From the NCBI GenBank assembly GCA_051047955.1, contig JBPGPT010000004.1:186001-250000 (forward strand): a stretch of 64,000 bases of DNA, given 5' to 3'. This stretch comes from Cystobasidiomycetes sp. EMM_F5. Taxonomy: Eukaryota. The notes under the pieces are model-generated. The model searched no databases and was not told the origin of the DNA. It saw nothing but the letters and a program-made list of their open reading frames with translations. Positions 12,438 to 25,704 of the stretch are shown piece after piece. The stretch's first letter is position 1, and every line of letters begins with the position of its first letter. The position numbers and the translations under genes were made by a program.

Positions 12438-13117
12438 TCAAGTCCTGATACCGCGCCCCTCGAGTTCGGCTCGTATCTCCGTGACGCGCTCTTCAATGGA
12501 ACGAACGACCTGCAGGAGAAAGGCACATTGTCGCAGTCACTACCGTTAATCAATGCCTACGCGTATCACAGTCCAGTGTGACTGACCTCGCGCTTTTCGG
12601 GATTCTTGGCTTTGGCATCCTCGAGTGCCACTACAGACTGCTCCAAGATCTTGGTGCTTATCTCGGGCAAAGGGGCAGCACGAAGAGTCAGGGTCTTGGT
12701 AGCTACTGTGTCCCTGTCACCATTGTCAGATTGAATACCAAGGGGGCTGTAAGTGAAGCTGATTGTGGCTCCTAGTGGATCGGGGAACGGGCCTGAGTAG
12801 CAATACAGGCCGTAGCAGGTCAGCGAAGAGCGCAGCGCACACTTGTCATTCACGCGCAACAACGTCTTACTAGTCCAGTAACCCTGACCGCCTAGAAATC
12901 TCTCCACGTCCGCAACAAGGTAGGGTCCTTCCGGATTTGACCCAGGCAGTATGGACGCAGAGTAGTCCGAGAGGATGACGTTTACTGGATCTGTGGTGTT
13001 ATCGTTGGGTATAGTGACGCTTGCACCGCCCATCCCCGCAAGCATTATCATGTTGATGTTGCCAGGGTCGAGGTAGTTGTTGACGTCGACATCCAAAAGA
13101 TCCCAGTAGAAAGACAT
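12438..13117 (-). CDS. Orphan protein (~200 aa): beta-rich N-terminal domain plus C-terminal helical/coiled-coil hairpin
   Basis: ATG 13117 (MSFYWDLL); GTCAGT...CTGCAG intron 12510-12586; exon 2 VVRSIEERVTEIRAELEGRGIRT*; no signal peptide. Confidence 0.6.
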
Positions 13118-13842
13118 GTCAATGGATGTAGAGTAGTATGAGGGTATTAGCAGTAAAGGATCGATAATTGTCTGCTGTAAAACGCTCCCAAGCACGATCC
13201 AGACAGAAAGAGGCCGATACCGCAGCCGTGCGAGCGTCAATACCGAACGATCAGCTCCCGCACGACTTCCCAGTCACTTCCCACGGTATAGACGCGTCTC
13301 ACACTTCGTCAACTGATACGCAATTCTCACCAGAGATCTCCGCTTCGGGTATTCTGAAATCTTGGACGGTAGCTGCAGGCACTGTGAGAAAGTTGCAAAG
13401 TGAGACCAAGTGCTGTACTTATTAGTGTGTAGGGATGCGTGAAGCCAGGAGTGGAGAATCACGTCAGTACTGTCCGTTTCGGACGGACTGGCCGAGCTTC
13501 CAAGCTGGACGCATCAACAATCCCATCAAAAATAAGCTTGTCAAAGGCTTCAAGTTGGGCAGGAGAGGTGTGGCATTCCTGTGCATGAGCTGTTCTTGCA
13601 TAACCCAGTCGTAGTCGAGGTAAGTCTGATATCCCGCAAGATACGTCATTTGGAGCTTCGTTGTTGGGGGGAGTTAAAGAGCAATACCAGTGATGGGGCA
13701 GTAGACGAGCATGTGCACAAATAAACCACTTCTTCGGACTCTATTGTCACCGCGGACACTTTAATCTGCACAACAACAGAAATACTAAATAATGCTTGTA
13801 TGCATGTATGCATGTAGATTGCGGGGGCAACCCTCGCTAATA

Positions 13843-16800
13843 TCATTGAACGATTGTGCCGCCGACGCGGATACGGTAAAGGCAGGAGAGGTGTTGATTT
13901 CCATGGTTGTCGAGGATATGAACGACGACGATATTGACGGGGATAGCCATCTCGCGCGCAGCTTGGTCGACTGGAAAAGTCTGCACGTTCGATTTGGCTT
14001 CCACATCGTACTCACCGCTGGCGAGCAGGAATCTGTTTGTTGGTTTGTTGTCCGGATGCTGTGCCCACAATTGTTCGAGTCCAGCTCGATCTTCTATGAG
14101 CGCCCATACTTCGAATCGTTTCGGTGCAGATGAAACGTCAAGCGCTACATCCTTGCTAGCGTGTTCGATGGTGATGTCGGTGGGATATATGCTACGACTG
14201 AGGAGAATACCGAGCTGTCCAGACTGTCCGGGGAATGCCCAACACCGTCCAACGGCAGTGTCGGGATGCAGTGCGGTAACGGGTGGCAGTCCGCGCATAA
14301 CGCCGCCGCCTGTGACCCTGGCTAGCAATGCAGCACTCCATGAAGCAGGTCGTACTTCATATGTCTGACTTGTCAACGACGGCACAACGCGTGCTCCAGC
14401 AGAGTATAGCGCAAAGTCGGGTCTCGCTAGCATGTCCTTGCTGTAGCGATCTAGCGCAGCATCGATCAAATCTCGGACGATATCGTTTAGCTGTTCGCCG
14501 GAACTGAGCTTGACTGTAGCAGGTTTGTTGGAAGCTACAGCAACAGCAGCAGAGACAGTAGAGATCTGGCCTTGCAAATCGCTTGACATTCTCGACAATT
14601 CTTTCAATGTCGACTGCCCAATTGACGCTTGTACGGCCTTGAGTTCTGCTTGTAAAGCCTTCGCGAATGCTGCTTTGCTGACGATGGCGCCTGTGTTTAC
14701 ACGACCTTCCACATCTTGCGAGACGAACGAACGGAGTTGATCCGAGTTAGCAGCGATAAAGTCTGCCCATGATAGATTACCTGACGCTTTCGAGCCAGAT
14801 TGAACGTCGGAATCGGCAAAGGCGGTTCTCAATTGCGCCCAGAAAGCTGGACTAATCTCGACTTTCCCAGTCTTGGGATCGACTGCTACGGCGAGTCGAC
14901 TGGGCAGAAGGTCCTCAATAGCTCTTGCAGCTAATGCGACTAGCCTATGTTCATCAGTCGCTGTATGTAGAGCATTCTCGAGGTCGGCTAGGCGAGTATT
15001 CAGATGTGCAGTTCCCTCTCTGCCCTTCTTCACCTCGTCAGCAAGTCTGGCAGAGGCGACAGTATACTGTTTATATTCGGCGGCGAGGCTCTTCAAGCGG
15101 TCATTGACATGATCCAGTTGGGATTTCACGCCCTTTAGACTATGGTCAAACTTGTCGGCATCTTGACGGGCAGTTTTGACGACTGCATCGTGTGCCCGAT
15201 TTGTTCTTCGACGTTCTCCTTCAAACTCCGCTTCCAGCACACTCAGGCGTTTAGCTGCGTCCGTCGCTATTTGCGTTTTATCGTAAACGACTGCTCGATC
15301 AGCAGCTTGAGCAGCAGATATGCTGACAAAGGAGCTTTCCAGAGCTGTGAGGCGAGCAACCAGTTCCTCTAGATTACTCGGTGTCCCAGCAGGAGGTACA
15401 AAAGCCGGAGCTTTGCGAGGAGCGAACAAGGTGCGCCAACTTGTCTTGTCTGTTCGAGAAGACGCGGCGGGACTTTCGTGTTCATACATCGACGCTATAA
15501 CGTGAGGGTGGTCAGCTTCGTTTTTGCCATGCTAGACCGTTCAACTCACCCAGAACGAGCGCCAAAAGAAGTATGGCTCCAGCCCACTTTAGCAAAGCGT
15601 TTTTGTCTGCCTTGATGAGAGCAGCTGCTGGCTTAACCGTACACAAGTACAATAAAGAGAGTATCTGTCGTAGAAGCTCGCCGAGTCGGCGACTGATGCT
15701 CTTTGTAGATATGGTAGGGTTGCTGGCGTTCGGTTGTACTTCCGCATCCGAATGATCTTCGCGTGATCTTTGTGCAGATTCAACGCTGATGACGCTTCCA
15801 GACCGGGAATCCGGTGGCGCAGGTGCACGCCGGATGACAGGAGCATTGTGCAATGTGTTGCGCTGAAATGCGCTATACTGGTGTGCTTGAAGGTGGTTCG
15901 TAGAGTCTATACTGGTCTCACTGGAGTGCGACCGCTCTCGACCTCTCTCAAACGTCCGTCTCGCACTCGCTACTGCGCCGGTGGTTGACAAGATATCTGG
16001 CATGGATCTCCCTTCCGGTATGCTCTTGAGTGGAGGAGCTAGACCTCTACGGCTACGTTCCCTGGCAGCCAGCAGAGCAGCTGCCATACGCTCTTCTTCC
16101 GCATAGTCATAGTCGGATCCACGAACGTCAAAGGACGCATTCGACGACGTCTTCGTATCATCGCCCGGCAGGAAACGACTTGCACGAATTGCTGAAGGCC
16201 CTGCAAACTCCGGCGAGTCGGCCTGAGATGCTTCTACGACTGACGAGGAAGCGACAGATGTGTCTCGTCTTGCTCGAAGCGGCTGCCGGCCGGCTGTGAG
16301 GGGGGCCATCGTTGTCGAAAATGCGAAATACGGCTGATAGGTATTAGACTTGGGTACCGTCTGTGTAAGCTTGCCTGCTCCAGGCTGAGTCAAGCCAGCT
16401 CGCACTGCTTCAATGTCCGGACTCGGCTCGTGTAGATAATAGCTAGCGACACTGCCTCCGTTTTGCTCAGGTGCTGGATTATCGTTGTCAGGCGGTACTG
16501 ATTCTTCTCTCTGAACGTTATGATCATCTGGATGTTTTGTGGATCTACCAGCCCGCCGTCTCCGCATTTTGGAATTAGGTGAAGCATTGCCTTCGGAATT
16601 ATCGTCTTCATCCCCGCTTCCTGGCTGATATGCTCCATCTTGATCTCCCGCTCTCCTTCGAGAATTTTGCTTGCCTTTCGACGGCTGACTCGCCTCGTCG
16701 CCCTGCATCTCGTGGCCAGAAGCGGCGGAGTCTTCGACCTCGTCATCGATAGCGTCGGTAACACCCTCTGCGCCATCTTGAGCGGTGGTACTATTCTCTT

Positions 16801-17875
16801 TGTTGCTTGATTCATTGCTGACCCTACTGGCCTTCTTGCCAGCCTTGCGAGGTTTCTTGACTTTACGTGTTTCAGACACCTTTGCATGTCCGATGATACC
16901 AGCTTTCCGCTGCGGCCCCCAGCCGAGATCATACTTAAGCTCATTTAGGTCAATCTCCTCGGTATCGGAAGCGAATTCATCAGACGAGTACTCTGCTAGG
17001 TCGGCTTTTGAGGGACGATATGCAGAGTTGTTTTTGCTCCGGTTGTTGGATGATGCTGCGCCATTGGACGTGTTTGGGCCTGTTGATGATGGCTTCTTTC
17101 GCTTCTTTGACGCAGATGTAGGCGGTGCAACAGCAGTGGACGACGGGACATGTTGGGACGCGGACGTACCGTCGTGTCTATCGTCGTTGGTGTCCTGTCC
17201 CAGCCCGCTGTCACGTAACGGCAGCCGACCATTCTGATCCCCTGCACGCCCCAAGAAGCCGATAGACGTGCTCGTAGATGCTACCGGAGCTTCTGCCACT
17301 ACAGCTTGTCGGAAAGCGGTGGCGATATTGACGCTTGTATCTTTGCTCGACGGCGGGCGTATGGACTGCTGTATGACCGAACTGCCTTTGCTGTTGGGTT
17401 TCCGCGCGTCTCCATGTATGCTCGTCCCTTCTTGAGCGTCCATGTCGTCGGTGTTGTTCGTGTGCTCTGGCAGCTTGAATGATCCGGTAGCCTGTTTTCT
17501 CTGGTGCAACCTTGCATATCTCACCGCCGCTGGCTCCAACGGCGCGCCGTGAAAAGTACTGGGACCAGTCGCTACTTCGTCGTTGAACCCGTCGACGCTC
17601 TCGTCGTACTCATCTTGCTGCCGCTCTCCCAGAGACGCTGAAATATTGCTGCCGTTCATGCTGCCCGTTCTGACGCGACGGCCCGGACGTGGTGGAGATG
17701 GAGGAGCACCGTAAGCATAACTCAGTGGAACAGGCTGCTGAGAGGCTCGACGTATGCCAGGAACTTGGAAACTGTCGTCGGCAGTGACTGGCGCGGCATT
17801 GTCGAGCTGCAGACCGCGTTCGCTGGGGGACTTGTTTGAGGACGGCGACCTGGTCGACTTGGATGGCGAAGGCAT
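13843..17875 (-). CDS. SUN-domain nuclear envelope protein (Sad1/UNC-84 family)
   Basis: Long disordered N-terminus, TM (WAGAILLLALV), coiled coil, SUN domain PDFALYSAGARV...GRCWAFPG...ITIEH...SSAPKRFEVW...NHGNQHLSCLYRIRVGG; 55-nt intron 15495-15549. Confidence 0.93.
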
Positions 17876-18360
17876 GGCTGAGATGACTGGGAAGACTCTA
17901 GAGCAATATCACATTATATTCAAACACAGTCAGCTCCATCTTGCTGCCCAGCTCGCTGTGCTGTCTTTGCAGGACTCACTCTTGACGACACCGATCAGGC
18001 TGAGACTTTGCGCGTAAAGTAGTCGCAGATGTCGTGCAGAGTACAGCTAATCGGCAATGATTGCAGCAGTACTGATAGTACTGATATTGCTGACGTTGTT
18101 TGAGCAGTTCAAGCCTCGCAACCAACAATCGCAATCACGTACAACATCACAACAACGCTTTGGTGCTCACGGCAAAAACGGAGGGTCTGTGCGCGTATGT
18201 AGAGCGCCTACAATGTCGACCAGGTCTGATTACTGGAGCGGCACAATCCTACTAGTAGTATCTGACCATCTGGCCGTGGGAACGGTTTGCATCCTTCTTG
18301 AATTCTATCAGGTCGTGGCAGCTGTACAGGGCTATGGATCCGAAACATCAGAAGTGGTCA

Positions 18361-18797
18361 CTACACGCAATACGAGAACGACTGACGCTGCCCGGAAGAA
18401 GTCGGAGCCTTGTACACTCCGGTCCAATCGTAAACGACTTTTTCGCCTGGTTTGTTCTGTGTTTGACGCTCAGTTCGGCCCCCTAGAGCGGCCAGAGGTA
18501 GACTTACAGCAAAGACATACAGCGATTGCCAGTCCTGAAGGTCATGGTACACCGACTGATACGCGACTTCTACGAGAATATGGTGGTGGTTTTTGTCGTT
18601 TCCATTAAGCGCGGCTTTCTCTACGACACAGAGGACTACTTTCTCTCTGCCTTTCCAGGCATCACCAGCGTAGTGAGCTCGGATCTCGGCTTCGAAAGCG
18701 GAAAGAGTCGCCGTTGCTGGCATAAGAGTCCAACGACTTGAAAATGCACGAAGAAGTGTTTGTCCGGAGAGCCATTTGAATTTGATCTTGGTGCCAT
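18361..18797 (-). pseudogene. Small beta-grasp (ubiquitin/PB1-like) orphan, paralog A, with an apparent 1-nt frameshift near 18736-18746
   Basis: One frame gives MAPRSNSNGSPDKHFFVHF; the -1 frame gives SRWTLMPATATLSAFEAEIRAHYAG...VEVAYQSVYHDLQD. Joined, they align to paralog B with no gap at the junction. Confidence 0.55.
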
Positions 18798-19541
18798 TCT
18801 GCAATGGGTGTACATGGTTGGTGGGTCGGAGAACTGGAAGAGACGGTAAAGGGAACGATACTCAGACTCGGTTCCGAGCAATGCTGTCCAACTTGAAAAC
18901 AGAGACAACCTGCAACTTCTCTGACCTTCCACCACGACCCGCGGCCGACGAGCAAGAAAATCTGATGTCTCGGAACGGAACTTTGCTGACCCTCCGTCTC
19001 CGTCAGACTTCCGCATCGTGACCAAGCTACACTCCGCATCGTGCAGACGAACGGAGTAGTGTACCGTTTACATATCAGCGCGCAGAACTACCTTCGTAAC
19101 GTCATGAACAAAGCCATAGGATGCTGCCGCACTGACGGGCTCTAAACGTCGTAGAGCCTGAAAAGCCTACCGGGCCGCAGTCGAATTGCGGATGAATATC
19201 ATTTGCGGCCCTGTACCAATCAAGCTAGGGAGATGGGGGTATCTGTAAGAGACAACGAAGAATTGATCTAGAATTGTGCAGCTTGCATCTTTTCCCGGTC
19301 CTATCTGTCTGCCTAATCATCCACCCCCTTAGTAATCAGACGCTGCGTGGACTAATCTGCTGTATGGCTGATATCAGTATTCCTTCTCTCGTCCACATTG
19401 TCTCCAGCCTACGATAGTTTAGAAAAGTGGCTCAGTCGTCAAGCTGGTCGCGTAAGATGAACCATTGTCGCTCTCTGCACTCCAAGTGTCGGAATCTGAA
19501 GTTGCGCCACAAACGTCGGTCTTTGAACAGCAATTTAGCAC

Positions 19542-19886
19542 CTAAGCGTGATGGCCGTGCACGCTGCGATTCACCTTCTGGGCGAAGATAGTCTCGCCAT
19601 CGGGCAGCTGTTCGTATACCGTCTGATACGCTATTTCCACCTTTATAGGGCGAAGTTCTTGTCCTCCATTGACTTTCGCGCATCGCAAAACAGACAGACG
19701 CAGTGATGCTGCCGCGAGGCCGTGACCCGCGTAGTAATCTTGAATGCTGTCTTTGAAAAGTAGTAGTGTTGTCGCCGCCGGGAGTTTTACATGTCTTTCT
19801 TCGAAGGAAACGTAAAAGGTTTTGGGTGGCAAGTTGCTGTCTCCCTCGTCGTCGGAGTCTGAGCAGTATAGAGAGCCGACAGGCAT
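19542..19886 (-). CDS. Small beta-grasp (ubiquitin/PB1-like) orphan, paralog B (114 aa, intronless)
   Basis: PPKTFYVSFEERHVKLPAATTLLLFKDSIQDYYAG...VEIAYQTVYEQLPDGETIF; clear similarity to 18361-18797. Confidence 0.65.
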   Translation of the reverse strand: MPVGSLYCSDSDDEGDSNLPPKTFYVSFEERHVKLPAATTLLLFKDSIQDYYAGHGLAAASLRLSVLRCAKVNGGQELRPIKVEIAYQTVYEQLPDGETIFAQKVNRSVHGHHA

Positions 19887-20040
19887 TGTAAGTACTGCGA
19901 AATTTCAGCTTGCGGTTTGCGTTAATCAGCATACCCATCCCATCGCGCGTATCTCAATCTGGCTCATGATCAGCCATCTGGGACGGCACCGTTTTACAGG
20001 CGCAAGAGCCTCTAGTACTCTAGTCTCGCAGAATTACCGG

Positions 20041-20476
20041 CTACCGCTGGCTCTGCGTACCTTCTGCATTCTGCAAAAGCCGGACGGGACTATGGGTTGC
20101 TATCCGTTGCAGTACAGTCGTGTCGTCAAACCGCAGCGGAGGCGGAACGTACGTTGGCCTTTCAAACATTAAGGCGGAGACGGAGCGAGGTTGACGTAGC
20201 TTGAAGCATGTCGACATCGGTCTCTTGCTGACGGTCTTGCACACCACGTCATCTGGTGGATGACACTCGAAGTCAGCCGAATCAATGCTTAAATCCAGCA
20301 TTAGCAAAGTGCCAGCAGATCAGTTCCAGCAAGCGGACGTTCAGAATCAGTGCTCTTTGTATGGGAAGGACATTAGTACACGCGCATTTAGAAGGTCCAA
20401 TGTCAGTCAATCCTGCCGGTTCAGTCTTCCGCTTCCGCTCGACGTGCACGCTCTCTGTTGTAGATTCGCACAACAT
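20041..20476 (-). CDS. Possible small 2-exon hypothetical protein
   Basis: ORFs 20282-20476 and 20041-20307 can be joined in frame through a weak GTGTAC...AAG intron; no family recognised. Confidence 0.2.
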
Positions 20477-20548
20477 GCGCAGCCCGGAATTATGCTAGCC
20501 GGATCACCTTGACACTGCCTAGTGCACCTCGCCGACGCTATACCCATC

Positions 20549-22767
20549 ATGAGCGCTTCGAACCCATCATTGCGAAATGACGTCCTGCTATCAAGGATTG
20601 GGGTGGATTCGCAGTATACCAGACTGAATGCAGCCGGCTTCCTATCGACGAGCGCCATTGGGATCAGTCTGGTAGTCTTCCTGAACGCCGCGCAGCCATT
20701 TGTGTTGACCGAGCTGTTGGATGTGTCGAAGAGCCAAATTGGCAAGGTAGCAGGGTGAGCGAGTAATGCTAGCTATGCCTTGGCGTCGACTGATTGCTTC
20801 TGATTATACGTACTGATTAACTCTGACACTGCTTTCGTCCTCTTGCGCCGTCCTACGAATCCATCTATATCATTACTTAATCCATTTACATCACGTCCAG
20901 AACGCTTATATTCGCAGACGAGCTGCTATCTTTGATCCTGGTTCTAATATGGGGAAGGATTGCAGATGTAACATCGCCGCGCCTAGTTGTCGTTGTCTCA
21001 AACTGTTTTGCTGCCCTTGCACTATGCTTGACCGTACAAGCTTCGAAGCCGTTCCCTCAATTGCTTTTGGTATGGTGCAGATTGAACATACAGAGTGCCC
21101 GGACTGAAGCTGCACTACAAACAGACCCGTCTACTATTTGGAGTCGGAGCAAGCGGTATTACGTCGATGCTCTCTGCCCTACTTACCAGCATGGCAGCAA
21201 GAAATGATGCCTCTCACGACATCGTCCAGCCCCTTACTCCTGCCTCAGAAGAACAGCCGCTTCTTGGCTGGCGACGGCCTGCTCCGGACACGGTTACAGG
21301 CAAACGACCGAAATCCCCGCACGCACGGCTTGCTGCACTACTCGGTATCTCCACAGGTCTCGGAGCCCTTCTTGCTGTCTTTTTCTTCCTCCGGTTGCCC
21401 ACAATTCTCCACTCACACAACGACACTGCGGGTGGTCTCCGTAGAGCTTTCCGACTGGTCGCAGCGGTAGCGCTCATGAACGCATGCTGGGCTGCGTTTA
21501 CTCTGCCTCAGTCACAAGCGACTATTACTTCAGCTCCGTCATTCAGTCACTCAGAACCTCAAAAGAATAAAGTGAGGCGTATATGCAGTGGCATAACAGC
21601 AGAGCTTCTGCAGCTCTGCCAAGGTTTTGTCCTAGGATCGCGGAATGCGACCATTGCTTTGGGATTTGCAAGCGGGTTTATTGCGCGAGCGCAGGTCATC
21701 ACCGTCAGGTGTGTGCGCCTGGAGAGTCAGACCCGTTATCAGTATGCTGATATGCCATTCTTGCAGCGCGTTTATCCCACTTTACGTAGTTGTCTACTAC
21801 CAAGAACAGGGACTCTGTACTATCAGACCTGGAGACGATGTGAAAACGGCAGGTCCACTCCTTCCTTTACACAGTATGACCCTAACACACTTGCAACGTA
21901 CAGGACTGTCACGCAGCCTATGCCTTCGCGTCCGCGTTAACAGGCGTTATCCAACTCGTGACACTGCTGGCGGCCCCAATCTTTGCTTTTACACGTTCTC
22001 CTTCAAGAGCGCTCGCCTGGTCTCTGTTGACAGGTACATTCGCATTCGCAATTCTGGGCCGTTCAGCCATTGTCGCAATTGTCAAAGCGCACACGACAGC
22101 CGTGCCGAATCCGAAGAATCCGTGGACGTGGGTTGCTGCAGTGGCAGCTGGTGTCTCGCAGACTGGAGCCATCACGCTCAGTTTAGCACTCGTTGCGCAA
22201 GGCAAAGCTGCTGTCGACAAGCAGGACGAAGAGACTCGCAAGCATGTTGCACATGATCCAATCTTGGCAGCGGCGACTGCTTCTCCTACCGCAGATGCTT
22301 CCCACATCGCGACATCGACGCGGGCAGCGAGTACCACTGATCTGCACGCGTCACAACAGCTGGCTTCTGGCGCGAGGATATATCAGGTAACGAGCGATAC
22401 TGCGTCCGATCAAGCTATTTTCCACGGCATTACAAATCAGATCGGTCAAGCCAAAGGTGATACACTCGCGCAGCCCCTGTCCGACACTCCGACATGGTCG
22501 CCCGTTTCTGCTCAGACGGAACCGGATTGGCAAAGGAATGCCAAATACAGCCTCACATCACCTAAGAGATCCGTTGCAGGAGCTTTGGCCGGCGCGTACA
22601 GCTTTTGCGGAGGTTGCGGCATTCTCTTCGTCTCTGGGCTCGGAGGCTACTTGTCCGATAAACAGGCATCAGCACCGTTCTTACTCATAGCTATTCTCAA
22701 TCTTGGTCTTGCGACCGTAGCTGCTGTGACGTCGCGCCGAGAAACGAGGCGCACAATAAATTCTTAA
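20549..22767 (+). CDS. MFS transporter (multi-exon)
   Basis: Multiple TM segments; MFS motif A WGRIADVTSPR; RLLFGVGASG; C-terminal GGYLSDK; GALAGAYSFCGGCGIL. Confidence 0.88.
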
Positions 22768-22929
22768 GATGCGTCTTAGTAAGATGCACCTTCGTGACAT
22801 CGAAGACGCAAGATGTGATCAGGACAAGCCAGGGAACAACGCCACGGTGTGCATTTGCACTCGCATCCGCAAATATTGACAACAACAAGCCAAATGCAAA
22901 GCAAGCTGCTGCAAATGTAGAGGGGGACC

Positions 22930-25704
22930 TCAGCGCAGTCCTGCGAATGTATCGCTCAGGAATGCGTCAAAGTCGAGGACATCGCCAGCCTCTGCCGAAG
23001 TGGTCGCATCATGCGTTCCATTCCCGATAGCGGACTTCGGCATGGCATTTTTCAAAAAAGTCACGGTGGACTGCGGCACAAAGGCAAGCTTGAGATCCAG
23101 CTCAGTGATGTACGGCTAGCGTGCTAGTCAGTATGGTAGACATTTGCACACAGATGCACCGGACTCACCTTTCCTTGAGCAATGCCGGCGAATGATTCGC
23201 GAACTTGGTCAGGCGACGTTTGATCCTCCGTAATATCGGTCTGTGTATTCGATATCATGAACATCAGCAGAATTTCTGCCACTTCAAGTTTAGCTCACCA
23301 AGAAATCGATCCACGCCTGGAATGTCACCCGTCCATCAGCTTCTGCAGACAGCTGGTCGTGTATGGCTACAGTGTCTGCATCAGAATAAATAATGCCCAA
23401 GGCAGCCAGTGCCGCCGAAAATTCATTGATTCCCAGCGTGTTTGTCTGGTCTCGGTCGAAGTGCCGGAAGGTGGACTCGAATTCTTCCAACTGAGCTGGT
23501 GTGAGTGCTGTTGTCGTTCGAGCAACGATCTATGCGTAATGGCCTCATCAGACAATGCCACTTGAGGGTACTGAGAAACGCTTACCTGATTCTCGATGAA
23601 CGCCTTCTTCTTCGCTACTGCATCTTTCGCTAACCTCGCTTCAAACTCGAGATCTTCGTAGGTATAGATCGTGTAGTCACTTTCCTCAATGTTAGCAGCT
23701 TGACACTCTTGCTCTGCACGAAGAATATTGGGCAGGGATGTGGTGATGATCGAACCAACTCGCGATGAAAGCTCAGAGATTGTGGCCAATTGCGTTTCCA
23801 GAGGACCATCAACTCGAGCAAGATCAATTGAGACGGTCTGTAAAGCAAGCTGACAGTCATTCGCGAGAGCGGCGAATCTCTGCCGTAATCCTTCCTTGAT
23901 GCTGTAGGCGGACTTTAGACCGCACGAAATTTAATTCAAAGGACATATCGGTTACGTTACACACCTGCGTATGTTTGCGTTGATCAGTCGAGACCTCCTC
24001 GTCTCCCCGTCCAGCAGGCTTTCCCAGCACGCATCTACATCGGCTTGGCTGACACCTGCCGGCGGCTGATACGGTCTCATGTCATACGTTCGCAGTTTGG
24101 TTGCGATGTTGCCCAGCAAGCCTGCCAGATCAGCCTTCTGCCCGACCCATGTCCGCTTGACAGACTTTTTGTAGTCGGAAAACTCGGCAGACTCCATTCT
24201 AGCTGCGGAATAGATTGTGGACAACTGGCTGGTTGACCAAAGTTGCAACATGTCGTTGATTGACGTGATGAGCTAGAGAGAGGCATCAGTCTGCGCGGGG
24301 AGTGCATAACTCTTGTAAACACACTGCATTGGCTCGCCGCTCATACTCGTTGCGACTCGTCCAGATCGTCTCCAGGGTGTCTGCAAACATCGTCACTCGC
24401 CGCGCAAGGACATCGGCGCGGTCTGAATTGTGCTCAGCGACAAATACAAGCGAAACAATAGCATTGAACATACCCATGACCGAGAAAGCGTGGAAATACT
24501 GGGCGACATAGGTCATCACAGACCTTTCATCTGGCTTTTGCACATCGCAGACATCAGATACCTCGAGCAACTGGGGGATATTGAGGTGCTGCTGTGCAAT
24601 AGTGAATGCAAGCCGTGTGCAGTCGTGTGGGTCGCTCTTGTCAAGTTTGTCCCAGTCTAATAGATCTGGTCGATGTCGATGAATGAGGGCGCAACTGTAA
24701 AGGCGAATGTCAGGAGGGTATGACATCGTGAAATAGACTCTGCTGACAATGCCAGCCCGTTGTTCCAGGACCGACTGAAATCTTGCACATCAACTTCGGT
24801 ATAGGGCTGTGTTTTTCGCTGACACCACAGCAGTAAGCCTTGATAGCTGATGTCAGCTTGTTGTGCGGATTGCTCTGGGACACATATGATCTACCTTCTT
24901 TAGCCGATAATCCTTCCTCGCTGTTCGATCAGGATTGTTCAGTTATCCTCCACTTCTGTCCTGCAGCCAAAGACTCACTTGATGTCGGCAATTGTGAATC
25001 GCAAGATTAGGGTCCAGATCATGCCCAATATCAATTTTAAATTCCCATCGATGATATCTGTACGACGACAGCAGTCACTTTAGCTTCAGCGGCCTGCTAC
25101 GCACACGCGAGATCCTGACCTTCAGGTCCGATATTAGTCAAAACGACCCCACTCCCCTTGATGAATTGAAGTGCGCGATTGACGTTTTCTGCCTTTTGCA
25201 CTCGCATTCGAGGATTCGTGTTGTATCTACCCAGCGATGTTTGCGACATAATCTCCTGAGAGCACGGCAAGCGCGTCAACAACACGTAAAGTAGGGTCCA
25301 CCTTGTAAACCCATACCATTAATTGGCACAGCCGGACGCCATCAGAGAGATCAGTAGCTAGATTGGTCATTGTAGGCAGGTTTGCCGAGTCCAAGCGGGC
25401 ATTGAGCCTTTGATTGTCACGGCCGCCCGATATATTGACACAGGTTGGAGACCGTCCAATTTTCGAGCACACAGCGAGGGAAACATGACGATGTTAGTAG
25501 CGCATATGGGATTACACAAGGCCAGCATCAGTGCCTGCACAACTCGAAACGCAGTATCAGCCCGGACGCTGTCGCAACAGCTCACCATTTGAGAAAGGTC
25601 CTGCTCTGGGTATTCTCAAAGACATCGACATATCCGCCATAACTTCGTGAGCTGCGCTTGTCCATAGCAGCAGAGGTCGGACCATAGCTCCCTTGGCCGT
25701 CCAT
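22930..25704 (-). CDS. Alpha-actinin-like actin cross-linker (2 CH domains, spectrin repeat region, EF-hands)
   Basis: [86 protein letters not shown]-hand [12 protein letters not shown]. Confidence 0.92.

Noticed and set aside
12330..12470. Possible frameshifted coiled-coil extension (YQDLRQQIR) of the 13117 orphan
   Set aside because: The in-frame exon 2 ends naturally (ELEGRGIRT*) and the alternative frame hits stops soon after.
18057..18608. 183-aa plus-strand ORF with a hydrophobic N-terminus
   Set aside because: Antisense to paralog A, which is supported by homology; the hydrophobic start derives from a short (a/g)ctga repeat.
20755..20900. Long MFS intron with repeated CTGA(TT), possible box C/D snoRNA
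   Set aside because: No convincing box C (RTGATGA) or terminal stem; the CTGAY units fit branch-point-like sequence.
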